NCBI GenBank assembly: GCA_963828465.1 | Contig: CAWHEU010000009.1 | Span: forward strand, 1-64,000 | Length of the DNA: 64,000 bases | Source: an uncultured Acidobacteriota bacterium | Lineage (GTDB): Bacteria; Actinomycetota; Acidimicrobiia; Spongiisociales; ZC4RG35 | Direction of reading: 5' to 3' | Part shown: positions 8,744 to 18,428 of the stretch, one piece after another | Numbering within the stretch: position 1 is the first letter of the stretch | Layout: every line of letters begins with the position of its first letter | Program-made: the position numbers and the translations under genes | Notes under the pieces: model-generated | What the model saw: the letters and a program-made list of their open reading frames with translations, nothing else | The model's database searches: none | What the model was told of the DNA's origin: nothing

Positions 8744-9385
8744 TCAGGCTTCGGGGCGGACCCTCACACAGCAGTACGTCTCGGATGGCTCGAGATAGGC
8801 CTTGCGCTTGTCGCCGGAACCCTCGAGCATCCCTTCCACGAGGCCAAGGTTCAGGTTGCACACGGTGCGCTGGTCCTGGGTCTTGAGGACGTGGAAGGGA
8901 CAGTTGCGGAACCGGATCTCCCCCTCTTCCATGACCGGGTCGTAACCGGTCTGACGCAGTGCCTGATCCAGACCCACCTCTCCCAGCTCGGCACCGATCC
9001 GGTGGGCAGCTGCAGCAAGATCCTTTCGCTTGATCGCCCCCGTCGAGACCACTTCGAGGAGGATGCGAGCCGCAAGCCCGTACCGGCGCGGGGGCAAGGA
9101 CACCTCGTGATCACGGTCTGTTCTCTTGTAGAGCTTCGCCGGCCGGCCGGCGCCGGGGCCGGTCCGACCGCTGCGTCGGAGGAACTCGACATCGACGAGA
9201 CCCTCCTCGGCCAGTCGGTCCAGGTGATAGGCCGCGGTCTGGCGCGGAATCCCGAGAGCGTCGGCCGCCTCGTCCCGCCCGATGGGCTCTTTTGACCTCG
9301 AGACGAAGACGTAGAGCCGTCGGCGGGTCGGGTCACTCAGTGAGCCGATGGCGCCGAGATCGGCATCGAGATGGTTTTCGTCCAT
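8744..9385 (-). CDS. ArsR-like HTH transcriptional regulator with a C-terminal Cys cluster (COG2345/SufR-like architecture)
   Basis: LSDPTRRRLY, AAYHLDRLAEEGLV, GPGAGRPAKLY, FRNCPFH..VCNLN..YCCV. Confidence 0.88.
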   Translation of the reverse strand: MDENHLDADLGAIGSLSDPTRRRLYVFVSRSKEPIGRDEAADALGIPRQTAAYHLDRLAEEGLVDVEFLRRSGRTGPGAGRPAKLYKRTDRDHEVSLPPRRYGLAARILLEVVSTGAIKRKDLAAAAHRIGAELGEVGLDQALRQTGYDPVMEEGEIRFRNCPFHVLKTQDQRTVCNLNLGLVEGMLEGSGDKRKAYLEPSETYCCVRVRPEA

Positions 9386-9393
9386 GAAGTCAC

Positions 9394-9458
9394 TCTAAAA
9401 CGCGACTTGGTTGACACTAGATTCTCGAGATGTAAAAATGGTTTCGACCATTCTTAGA
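9394..9458. promoter_or_regulatory. Two 28-bp imperfect palindromic operators overlapping a TTGACA promoter element
   Basis: TCTAAAA-N14-CACTAGA (9394-9421) and TGTAAAA-N14-TCTTAGA (9431-9458); TTGACA at 9411. Confidence 0.6.
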
Positions 9459-9471
9459 AGGAGGCCCGGAC

Positions 9472-9870
9472 ATGACGACAGCCACAACCACTGCTCCCCA
9501 GACGACGATGGTCACAGAGTCGAAGCGCGCCTATCAGATCCTCCATCTCGGATACACGGTTTCGCCGATCCTCTTCGGACTGGACAAGTTCTTCAATGTC
9601 ATGACCGATTGGGTCGAGTTCCTGCCCACATTCGTCACCGATGCCGTGAGTGGGTCGGTGGTCATGGGCATCGTCGGTGTTATCGAGATCGCTGCCGGGA
9701 TCGGGGTATGGCTTCGGCCCAAGATCTTCGCGCCCGTCGTCGCCGCCTGGCTCGGGCTGATCATCATCACACTGATCCTGGCCGGTGGCTTCTTGGATAT
9801 CGCCCTGCGCGACTTCGGTCTGCTCCTCGGCGCCCTCGCCCTGTGGCGTCTGGCCAGGGCCCACGCCTGA
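9472..9870 (+). CDS. DoxX-like membrane protein
   Basis: PILFGLDKFFN, VGVIEIAAG, DIALRDFGLL; AGGAGG RBS upstream. Confidence 0.85.
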   Translation: MTTATTTAPQTTMVTESKRAYQILHLGYTVSPILFGLDKFFNVMTDWVEFLPTFVTDAVSGSVVMGIVGVIEIAAGIGVWLRPKIFAPVVAAWLGLIIITLILAGGFLDIALRDFGLLLGALALWRLARAHA

Positions 9871-9889
9871 CCAACCGAGCTTGGCGCTG

Positions 9890-11458
9890 CTACCGCAGCG
9901 CCCGCATGAAGCCGTCCCGGGAACCGAGATAGATGGTGTCCTCCCACACCACAGGAGTGGCTTCGAGACAGGCCTCGCCCAGACTCAATGACCAGTCCAT
10001 CGCCGGCGCACGGGGGTCCGCCAGGGAATAGGCCCGCACGTCACCGAGACATGTGGCGGTGACGAGCGTGTCGTCGACGATGGCCGGCGAAGACCAGGAG
10101 TGAAAGCCGACCTCGTCCTGCCAGAGCAGCGTCCCGTCGACGGCATCGACCGCAATCAGCGAGCCTTGATGAGTGTTGACATAGACGACGCCGTTGCGCA
10201 CCGCTGGTGTCGACCAGGAACCTGCGTCCGATGAACCTGCCGTGAGGTCGAGGCCCCACACCCTGGGGTCACCGTCGGAGTAGGGGTTGAGCTTGATCAG
10301 CTGACCGACGGCGAGATTCCGCTCGATCTCGGCCGCGCTCATCTGCGACGGCTCGTGCTCGATGGAGACATAGATCATCCCCTCGGCGTCGGCGACCATC
10401 GTGGCGTCGATGTCGCCACCGGCGTAGTAGTCGAACACGATCGGCGCGTTCCCGTTGCGGACGTCAGACACGTCCATCCCCACAATCCGGCCGCCGGAGT
10501 TGGAGAAATAGACCCTCTCGTCGAAGACGAGAACCGAACTCTCGATCGAGACGTTGCGCCCTGAGTTGGCAAGAAGCGCTTCGTTGTAGCCGGGCTCTTG
10601 GACCAGCTTGACCGGATCGACGACAACATTGCCTTCGCCGTCGTAACCCCGATTGAGCTGGATGGCGAAGAACCAGCCATTCTCACCGCCCTCGTACATG
10701 ATGTCATCGACGATGGCGGGGTTCGAGTCCCAGTCGTCGTTCCAGATCCCATTCACCTCATTTGCGTCCATCGACCAGAGCACGGTCGGCTCCTCACGGT
10801 CCAATGCCAGGATCCGCAGCTGGTTGTCCCTCGAGCCGAAGTACAGGAGCGGGAATCCGTCCGGGTCGAGACTGACCGATCCCTTGATGATGTCGCCGGT
10901 CTGGAACTCGGGTCGAAGATCTTGCCCGGTCTCGGCATCGACAAAATGCACGGCAGAGTCGTAGGCGCCGAAGATCAGCTCTGTCACGCCGTCGGGACGC
11001 TCCCATACCGCGGGTTGGCCGGTCCAGCCCATCCCGCACCAGATCCTGGATACACCACCCTCCGAGGATGGGCTGCACATCTGCTCGTCGGGATAACGCC
11101 AAGCCACCGTCGGACTATCGGGCACCGGGCCCGACCCGTAGAAGGTTCTGGTCGGGTTGCCCCGGAACATCGGCATGCCAACCGTTGTCCCCCACGGTCG
11201 GCCGACCGTGAACCCGGGGACCGTCCCCGGCTCCCGATCCTGCGGAGGCGCCGTGGTGGTAGTGGTCGGTGGCAGGGTGGTTGCCGGCTGGGTGGGATCC
11301 GAGCCGGTCGCGGCTGCAGCCGTGCTGCTCGGAGACGTCGCTACCCCTGCAATCGAGGTCGTCGAAGGGTCATCGCTGCGAGTCACGAAGTACACCGCCA
11401 GCCCGAGAACGAATCCGGCGGCGACGATCATGATCACGCGGCCGGCTCTCTCGTTCAC
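9890..11458 (-). CDS. Membrane-anchored PQQ-binding-like beta-propeller protein
   Basis: N-terminal TM helix, Thr/Pro linker, MFRGNPTRT, repeated W...S(S/T)PA(I/V) propeller motifs, YLGSRDG. Confidence 0.8.
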   Translation of the reverse strand: MNERAGRVIMIVAAGFVLGLAVYFVTRSDDPSTTSIAGVATSPSSTAAAATGSDPTQPATTLPPTTTTTAPPQDREPGTVPGFTVGRPWGTTVGMPMFRGNPTRTFYGSGPVPDSPTVAWRYPDEQMCSPSSEGGVSRIWCGMGWTGQPAVWERPDGVTELIFGAYDSAVHFVDAETGQDLRPEFQTGDIIKGSVSLDPDGFPLLYFGSRDNQLRILALDREEPTVLWSMDANEVNGIWNDDWDSNPAIVDDIMYEGGENGWFFAIQLNRGYDGEGNVVVDPVKLVQEPGYNEALLANSGRNVSIESSVLVFDERVYFSNSGGRIVGMDVSDVRNGNAPIVFDYYAGGDIDATMVADAEGMIYVSIEHEPSQMSAAEIERNLAVGQLIKLNPYSDGDPRVWGLDLTAGSSDAGSWSTPAVRNGVVYVNTHQGSLIAVDAVDGTLLWQDEVGFHSWSSPAIVDDTLVTATCLGDVRAYSLADPRAPAMDWSLSLGEACLEATPVVWEDTIYLGSRDGFMRALR

Positions 11459-11470
11459 TGCCTCATCCTC

Positions 11471-12595
11471 CTACGCCGGCGCAGCGCACTCGGCCTCGCC
11501 GGTGAGGACAGGATGCCCGTGCGTCTCGATGTATGCGGGGATCAAACAGGAATCGATCGTCCCGTCCGGGGCTACCACCGCCCTGGCGACGGCGGTGGTC
11601 GCACTGGCAACGGAGTTGTGGGGCCAGACGAAATTCCCCAGCGACCAGAAGACCGCCGCGTCGCCGACCGTCTCCAGCGGCTGCATCCGATGGGGGTGGT
11701 GCCCGAAGATGATGTCCGCCCCCGCCTCGATCATGGCGTGTGCCCGGTCGATGTCGTCCTGACGGGGCGTCGTGTCGAGCTCCATCCCCCAGTGGATCGT
11801 GACGACGACGAGATCTGCCACTTCCTCGGCCGCGGCCACCGCCTCGACCATCGTGGGAGTGTCATCTCCGTTCCGCATCCCGGCCGTGTCGGCGGTGGCA
11901 TACCAGCCGTCATCGGGGGCGACTCCTCCGAAGCCGACCACGGCGACTTTCCAGCCGTTGATGTCGAACAGCGCCGGCTCGCCGGCCTCGGCGGCGTTGC
12001 GCCCGGCTCCGACTGGACCGATCCCGGCGGCGAGCAACTGGTCCCGACCGTCGACCAACGCCTCCTTGCCGAAATCGCCGGAATGGTTGTTGCCCAGATT
12101 GCCCACGTCGATGCCATTGGCCTTGATCGAGGGCAGGGACTCGGTCGGACAGCGGAACACGAATGCCTTGTCCAGGGGAGAGCCCAGGTCGGATGTGACG
12201 CACTCGAGATTGATCACAGTGAGATCGTCTTCGAGGAAAAGCCCGTTCAGCCCCGACCAGGCGTGATCCCACCCCTCGGCAGCAAGAGCCGGGATGTATT
12301 CGGGGTCCACGGCTACATCCCCGGTGCCCTGGATCACCAGATAACCCTTCTCCGAGACGGTGGAGGTTGTGGTCGGTGTGGTCGTGCTTGCCGAAGGCAG
12401 GGTCGTCGTGGACGACATCGTGGTGACACGCGGGAGTGTCGTGGTCGAGGTCTCCGCTGCTGCCGCCACCGTGGTCGGGGTTGCCGCATCCGTGCTCAGA
12501 CTCCAGATGATGAAGGCGACGACGCCAGTGAGGGCGCCACCGATCAAGACAATGAGAAGCTTCAGGGACCTGGGCACGTTGCGAGCAAAGGTCAT
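11471..12595 (-). CDS. CapA family metallophosphatase-fold protein
   Basis: GDV, NLEC, NLGNNHSGDFG, IHWGME, GHHPH, SLGNFV. Confidence 0.9.
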   Translation of the reverse strand: MTFARNVPRSLKLLIVLIGGALTGVVAFIIWSLSTDAATPTTVAAAAETSTTTLPRVTTMSSTTTLPSASTTTPTTTSTVSEKGYLVIQGTGDVAVDPEYIPALAAEGWDHAWSGLNGLFLEDDLTVINLECVTSDLGSPLDKAFVFRCPTESLPSIKANGIDVGNLGNNHSGDFGKEALVDGRDQLLAAGIGPVGAGRNAAEAGEPALFDINGWKVAVVGFGGVAPDDGWYATADTAGMRNGDDTPTMVEAVAAAEEVADLVVVTIHWGMELDTTPRQDDIDRAHAMIEAGADIIFGHHPHRMQPLETVGDAAVFWSLGNFVWPHNSVASATTAVARAVVAPDGTIDSCLIPAYIETHGHPVLTGEAECAAPA

Positions 12596-12633
12596 AAGAG
12601 CCTCCAGGCCGTTATACGGCGCTTAGTGCGTCC

Positions 12634-13404
12634 TTAGAGGATCTGACTCAAGAACAGCTTGGTGCGCACCTCTTGAGGGTCCGTGAAGAAATGCTCCGGA
12701 GTGCCCACCTCGACGATCTCGCCTTCGGCCATGAACACCACCCGGTTGGCCACCGCCCGGGCAAAGCCCATCTCGTGGGTCACGACAATCATGGTCATCC
12801 CACCCCGGCCCAGCTCGACCATGACGTCGAGCACCTCTTTGATCATCTCCGGGTCGAGGGCTGATGTCGGTTCGTCGAACAACATCACTTTGGGCTGCAT
12901 AGCCAGGGCTCGGGCGATGGCGACCCTCTGCTGCTGACCTCCCGACAGCTGGCCGGGATACTTGCGGGCTTGCTCAGGGATCTTGACCCGCGTCAGCGTC
13001 TGCATGGCAAGCGCCTCAGAATCCTTCTTGGGCAGCTTCCGAACCTGGCGTGGCGCAAGCGTCACGTTTTCGAGAACGGTGAGGTGCGGGAACAGGTTGA
13101 ACTGTTGGAAGACCATTCCCGTCTCCCGACGCACCTCCTGGATGTTGCGGACATCGTCGGACAACTCGATCCCGTCGACCACTAGACGGCCTGCGTCGTG
13201 TTTCTCCAGACGGTTGATGCACCGAATGAGGGTGGATTTCCCGCCGCCCGAGGGCCCAATGACCACCACCACCTCCTGCTGACCGACCCGCATGTTTATG
13301 TCCTTCAGGGCCTGGAAGTTGCCGAAGAACTTGTCCACCCCCACCAGCTCGATGATGGCGTCTCCGGTCGCCCTGGTGGCATCGCTGTAATCGGTCACCG
13401 TCAT
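12634..13404 (-). CDS. aapP: General L-amino acid ABC transporter ATP-binding protein
   Basis: [34 protein letters not shown]; start at ATG 13404. Confidence 0.88.
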   Translation of the reverse strand: MTVTDYSDATRATGDAIIELVGVDKFFGNFQALKDINMRVGQQEVVVVIGPSGGGKSTLIRCINRLEKHDAGRLVVDGIELSDDVRNIQEVRRETGMVFQQFNLFPHLTVLENVTLAPRQVRKLPKKDSEALAMQTLTRVKIPEQARKYPGQLSGGQQQRVAIARALAMQPKVMLFDEPTSALDPEMIKEVLDVMVELGRGGMTMIVVTHEMGFARAVANRVVFMAEGEIVEVGTPEHFFTDPQEVRTKLFLSQIL

Positions 13405-14647
13405 CTCTCGCCCACCCCCAGCTTCCGCTCCAGCCTCCGTGATTCCCTTGACATCGTGTAACACCCCACCCAGAAGATGAGGGCTGCGAAGCTCAGGGTC
13501 ACGACGAAGAGACCCTTGCCCAGGTAGGCGGTTTGTGAGTTGACGACGAAAGTCGCTTCCAGCAGCTCGGTGATGCCGAGGACGGCCACCAGCGTCGTGT
13601 CCTTGAAGAGGCTGATGAACTGCCCGACCATGGCCGGGATGGTGGCCCGAAGCGCCTGAGGGAGGACGATGAGACGCATCGTCTTCCACGGGGCCAACCC
13701 CACCGCCTGGGCTGCCTCTACCTGGCCGCGGGGGACCGCTTGTAGCCCCCCCGAACCACCTCGGCGATGTAGGCCGCCTCGAAGGCGATGATGGCGATCA
13801 GCATCCTGGTGACGAAGCCAGGTCGAACATCCCTCGGAATGATGAAACCGATGGCAAAGGCACCGGCGATGAGCACGGTGATCAGGGGCACCCCTCTGAC
13901 CAACTCGATATAGCCCACCGAGATGGTGCGGATCACCGGCAGTGATGAGCGACGTCCCATGGCGAGGAGAAGGCCGAAAGGGAAGGCGACGAGGAGCCCG
14001 GCGAAGGTCAGGAAGAGATTGAGTTGGAGCCCGCCCCAGCCTTGCCAACCGACTCCACCGAAGCCGGCCAGAGAGATATATGAAGCGGCGATCAGCACCA
14101 CGGCGATGAGCCAGGTCCACCTCCGGACAGCCCGGGGCAACACCCGTCCCAGGTAGTAGGAGCCGAGCCCTACGACGAGGGCCCCGATGGTGAGCAGGGT
14201 CGGGGTGACGGTCGTAGTGAAGGAGAGGATGACCGCGATCAACGCGAGGATTGGCCAAAAGCGAATCACGATCTGGCGAAGAGTCGTGCGCACGTAGGGC
14301 AGGCCCGCTTCTGATGCCCGATCCCTGGCTCCGGCAGCGAGGGACCCGCCCACTATCCCGAACAGCACAGCCCAGCAGTACGTCGCCGCCCATGGCCGCC
14401 ACAGCTGGTCGGCGGGGAACTCCCCAATCATGAACAGCCGCAGGTTGGCCCGGATTATCTCGTACTCGGCCGAGACCAGCCCACCTACCACGGCAACCAA
14501 CGCCCAGACCACGAATGCGGCCAGGGCCACGGTGAGCAGGCTGTTGTACCAGTTGTTGAACAGGTTCTTCCGGGCCCAATCCATCGGGCCTCGGGCCGGC
14601 TCCACCAGCGGTGGAGTCTCCTCGAAAACGGGAGCTTCGACCGTCAT
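13401..14647 (-). CDS. aapM: General L-amino acid ABC transporter permease, frameshift near 13745-13752
   Basis: Frame 13718..14647 ([24 protein letters not shown]) continues in frame 13401..14579 ([19 protein letters not shown]) across a C homopolymer. Confidence 0.82.
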
Positions 14648-15816
14648 CGGGTCACCAGTTGCATGCGTCGATTCACCACGTTGACGATGAGAGAGATGAT
14701 CAGGGAGAAGATCAGGTACCCGCCCATGAGGAGGAAGATCATCTGCGGGGCGGGCTGGCCGTTCCCGATCAGCTGGAAGGTGATCCGGGTCATCTCTGCG
14801 TAACCGATGGCAATCGCCAGTGAGGTGTTCTTGGTGAAGTTCAGGTACTGGCTGATGATCGGCGGGATGGCGATGCGCATCGCCTGGGGCATGATCACGT
14901 AACGAAGACGCTGGAACGGGGTGAGGGCGATGGCGTTGGCCGCCTCGGACTGGCCGCGAGGCACGGCAAGGATGCTGCCGCGCACAATCTCAGCGACATG
15001 TGAAGCGGTGTAGAGGACGAGAGCGGCCAGCACCGCCCAGTAGGCGGCCAGACCCGTGTACCCGCCCTCGAGAGCCCTGCCGTCGAGGATGGGCCGGGAG
15101 AGACCGATCGGCCCCCCGAGCGCGACGAAGCCGATAAGGGAGATCGCACTGAAGACACCCAGCGCCCAGAGGAAACGGTGATGATGCTCCCCGGTCTGTT
15201 CCGACCGTCTGGTCCGCCACCACCACACCGCAGCCGCGACGAGCAGGGCCACAGCCATGATCGCAAGGAAAGGCCCGAAGTTGGGCTGCGCGGTGAATCC
15301 GACCATGGCGAGGTATCGGTTGTTGACGATCACCAGGTCGGAGAGGTTCAGCGACTCCTGCAACACCGGGAACCGGAGCACCACTGCGTTGAACACGAAG
15401 AAGATGATCAGCAGTGGGGGGATGTTGCGAATGATCTCTACGTAGAGTCCGGCGGCCCTGGCCACCAGCCAGTTTGTGGAGAGACGGGCAACCCCGACCA
15501 GCACCCCGATCAAGGTGAGGAGAGGGATGCCCACGACCACCAGGGCCAAGGTGTTCTTGACCGCGTTGAGCAGCCCCCGCCAGATCGGAGCAGACGGGCT
15601 GATGTCTGAGCCGGGTATGTCGACCCCGAGTGGTTGGGTGAGGAAATCGAAGCCGGTGGGGAGCCCGGCGGCACGCAGGTTGTTGGTCAGGTTGAACCAG
15701 AGCACGTAGAGGATGATCAACACAGCCGCCCCAGCCAACACCTGGATCACGGCGCGCAGGACTCGCACGTCCCGCCACAACCGAGGCCGGTGCCCGGTCT
15801 CCTCCACCGCTGTCAC
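14644..15816 (-). CDS. aapQ: General L-amino acid ABC transporter permease
   Basis: GFDFL, GVARLSTNWL, RNIPPLL, AEIVRGSI, KNTSLAIAIGY; GTG 15816 preferred because 15848-15876 is an intergenic hairpin. Confidence 0.88.
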   Translation of the reverse strand: MTAVEETGHRPRLWRDVRVLRAVIQVLAGAAVLIILYVLWFNLTNNLRAAGLPTGFDFLTQPLGVDIPGSDISPSAPIWRGLLNAVKNTLALVVVGIPLLTLIGVLVGVARLSTNWLVARAAGLYVEIIRNIPPLLIIFFVFNAVVLRFPVLQESLNLSDLVIVNNRYLAMVGFTAQPNFGPFLAIMAVALLVAAAVWWWRTRRSEQTGEHHHRFLWALGVFSAISLIGFVALGGPIGLSRPILDGRALEGGYTGLAAYWAVLAALVLYTASHVAEIVRGSILAVPRGQSEAANAIALTPFQRLRYVIMPQAMRIAIPPIISQYLNFTKNTSLAIAIGYAEMTRITFQLIGNGQPAPQMIFLLMGGYLIFSLIISLIVNVVNRRMQLVTR

Positions 15817-15847
15817 ATGATCACCGCCTGATGATGACCGCCTGGCC

Positions 15848-15876
15848 GGTGGGGTGGCCGCACTGGCCACCCCACC
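15848..15876. terminator. Hairpin after the SBP gene (attenuating or stabilising)
   Basis: Perfect 12-bp stem GGTGGGGTGGCC / GGCCACCCCACC. Confidence 0.7.
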
Positions 15877-15885
15877 TCGTCTTTT

Positions 15886-17061
15886 CTAGCGATATGGCGG
15901 CGGGTAGTGGAGTCCGCCGTCGGTCCAAAGCGAGTTGAGCAGTCGCTCGAGAGCCAAGGGCGAGCCCGGACCCACATTCCGGTCGTAGATCTCGGCATAG
16001 TTACCGACCTGGGTGATCACTTGGGCGGCAAAGTCCGTAGCGAGACCGAGACCCGGGTCGAACGGCGCCGTCCCTTCCTCCGTCTCAACAGGGAGCCCGA
16101 GGAAGTTCCTGATGTTGGTGTCCTCGGTGTCGGCGAAGGTGTCGACATTCGTGGAGTCGATCCCGAACTCCTCTGCCTGCATGGTGGCCAGAACAATCCA
16201 GTCCACCACCTGGGCCCATTGCGAGTCGCCGTCGAGCACGGCCGGGCCTAGGGGCTCCTTCGAGAAGGTCTCCTCCAGGATCACCAGTGCCTCGGGACCG
16301 CCCTGATCCTCGGGCCATGCCGAACGCACGCCGGCGAGCTGGGACTTGTCCGACGTCCAGCCGTCGCATTGTCCCTCGATGAAAGCCGCCTGGATCTGCG
16401 GGTTCTCGTCGAAGGTCAGCGGGGTGTATGGGATGTCGGCCATTCTCGCCGTCAGGTTCAACTCGGTCGTGGTCCCGGAGAGGACGCAGATCGTGGTGTC
16501 GGTCATGTCGTCGATGGTGGTAAACCCGCTGTCGGCGGCAACCATCATCCCCTGGCCGTCGTAGAAGGTCGTGGTGAGGAAGGTGGCCGCGAGACCGCCA
16601 TCACGACTCGACGTGTACGTGGTGTTCCGGACCAGGACATCGACCTCTCCCGACTGCAGAGCCGTGAACCTCTGCTCGGCGGTCAGGTCGACGTAAGTCA
16701 CTGCTTCGGCATCACCGAGCACTCCCGCTGCGATTGCCCGGCAGAAGTCGATGTCGAATCCGACGTGGTCGCCGGCCTCATCGACAAACCCGAAGCCCGG
16801 AACCGTGTTGTTCACACCGCAGTTCAACGTGCCTCGGGCCTGGACCTCAGCCAGGAGCCCATCCCCCGCCGGTGCCTCTTCGCCGACCGTGGTCGTGGTC
16901 TCCCCGCCGGCGGCGCTGGTCGTCGTCTCCTCACCGGCGGCTTCGGTCGTCTCCGGCGTCTCACCGCTGGTGGTGGTCGTCGTGTCAGCCGCCTGAGTAC
17001 ATGCGGCCAGGACCAGCATCAGGGCGGTCAAGACGGCAAAGAGCTTGCTTGCCTTCATCAC
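15886..17061 (-). CDS. aapJ: General L-amino acid ABC transporter substrate-binding lipoprotein
   Basis: Lipobox LAAC; RGTLNCGVN, RFTALQSGEVDVLVRNTT, FYDGQG, SKEPLGP, VGNYAEIY. Confidence 0.92.
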   Translation of the reverse strand: MMKASKLFAVLTALMLVLAACTQAADTTTTTSGETPETTEAAGEETTTSAAGGETTTTVGEEAPAGDGLLAEVQARGTLNCGVNNTVPGFGFVDEAGDHVGFDIDFCRAIAAGVLGDAEAVTYVDLTAEQRFTALQSGEVDVLVRNTTYTSSRDGGLAATFLTTTFYDGQGMMVAADSGFTTIDDMTDTTICVLSGTTTELNLTARMADIPYTPLTFDENPQIQAAFIEGQCDGWTSDKSQLAGVRSAWPEDQGGPEALVILEETFSKEPLGPAVLDGDSQWAQVVDWIVLATMQAEEFGIDSTNVDTFADTEDTNIRNFLGLPVETEEGTAPFDPGLGLATDFAAQVITQVGNYAEIYDRNVGPGSPLALERLLNSLWTDGGLHYPPPYR

Positions 17062-17185
17062 TACCTCCGTTGGATCACTTGGTGGGCGTCACGAGGCCAC
17101 GTATCGCACCGGGATCGACCCTAGCCACTGGGCCGGCCCGACGAGTCCGTTCGGTAGCCTGATATCCACTTCCGAAGGGGCCTCC

Positions 17186-18424
17186 GTGTCAGACCGCATC
17201 GTTGCCCGGATCGTGTGGGTGCTCGCCGCCCTAGCCCTCGCCGTCACCGCATTCGGGATCTGGTACGACCTGCGCAACACGCTCGGTGACGAATCTCCCC
17301 TGTTTGTCGCCGACGGCATCGTCTGGGCTCTGCTTCCCGCGGTCTTCGTCCTAACCGGGGCGCTGATCGTGTCCCGTCAGCCTCGCAACATCATCGGGTT
17401 GTTGTTGATGATCCCCGGTCTTGTCTTTCTCACCGCAGGAGTGGTCGATGTCGCCTTCGGATCCCTGGAACAGGGTGTTCAGCCCGAAGCGATGACGGTA
17501 GGGCTCTGGCTGCGGCTCTGGTTCGACAACTGGTCGTGGGTGCTCCTCATCTTCCCCATCTTCAATCTGATGCTGGTCTTCCCTACGGGTCGCCTCTTGA
17601 CGTCACACTGGAGATGGATCATCGGCCTGGAGATCGCGATGGTCCTCGTCATGATGTTTGGGAGCGCCTTCAGCCAAGAGATGGGCCCACTCAACGTCGA
17701 AGACGAAATGGCCTGGGCCCTGCCTAACCCGATCGGGTTTCTCCCGGAGACCTTCTTTGGCGCGACGTTCGAGGCTGTCTGGAGCGCCGGTCTTATCATC
17801 ATGACGGTTTCGTCGCTGTTGGCGCTGGTGCTCCGCTTTAGGCGCGCATCTCAATTGGAGCGTCAACAGTTGAAATGGTTGCTCTTCGCCGTCACCGTTT
17901 TCGCCCTGATCTACGTTGTCACGGCAGTTACCTCCGGTGAGCTCGCGACCGGCGGGTTGGGCGATCTCCTCTTCGTCTTCTCGCTGATGGGCATTCCGGT
18001 TTCGATCGCCGTCGCCGTTCTCAGGTTCCATCTCTACGACCTCGACCGCATCATCCGGCGGACACTGCTCTACGCGGTGCTGAGCGGCCTCCTAATCGGC
18101 ATCTTCGCCCTGTCCGTGTTCGTGATCCAAGGTATGGTCGGCGGCGTCGTCGGAGAGGATTCGCCGCTCGGAGTGGCCGTGTCCACACTTCTCGTCGCAG
18201 CTCTCTTCAATCCCCTGCGCCGACGTCTCCAGGATCTGATCGATCGCCGCCTATACCGCAGCAAATACGACGCCCAGAGGGTTATCGACGACTTCGTCGC
18301 CACCGCTCGGAACGAGGCGGATATGAACCTGCTCTCGGCCGACCTGCTCGATGTGGTCGACCAAACGGTCCAGCCGTCGCTTCAGGGTCTGTGGATCAAA
18401 GGGGCCGAGACGCAGGACGCGTGA
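17186..18424 (+). CDS. Multi-pass membrane protein resembling actinobacterial sensor-kinase input domains, without a kinase domain
   Basis: About 10 TM segments; FPTGRL, ERQQLKWL, YDLDRIIRRTLLY, FNPLRRRLQDLIDRR; protein ends at VQPSLQGLWI. Confidence 0.75.
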   Translation: MSDRIVARIVWVLAALALAVTAFGIWYDLRNTLGDESPLFVADGIVWALLPAVFVLTGALIVSRQPRNIIGLLLMIPGLVFLTAGVVDVAFGSLEQGVQPEAMTVGLWLRLWFDNWSWVLLIFPIFNLMLVFPTGRLLTSHWRWIIGLEIAMVLVMMFGSAFSQEMGPLNVEDEMAWALPNPIGFLPETFFGATFEAVWSAGLIIMTVSSLLALVLRFRRASQLERQQLKWLLFAVTVFALIYVVTAVTSGELATGGLGDLLFVFSLMGIPVSIAVAVLRFHLYDLDRIIRRTLLYAVLSGLLIGIFALSVFVIQGMVGGVVGEDSPLGVAVSTLLVAALFNPLRRRLQDLIDRRLYRSKYDAQRVIDDFVATARNEADMNLLSADLLDVVDQTVQPSLQGLWIKGAETQDA

Positions 18425-18428
18425 CCGG

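Noticed and set aside
10598-12637. Long antisense ORFs (679 aa here; also 7266-8222, 23600-24499, 40313-41236, 50435-51448)
   Set aside because: They are shadows of real genes on the other strand, as expected from high GC3 codon bias, and carry no motifs.
17062-17185. GlnR boxes upstream of aapJ
   Set aside because: GATAC/GTGAC half-sites are not at the 11-nt spacing expected of GlnR sites.
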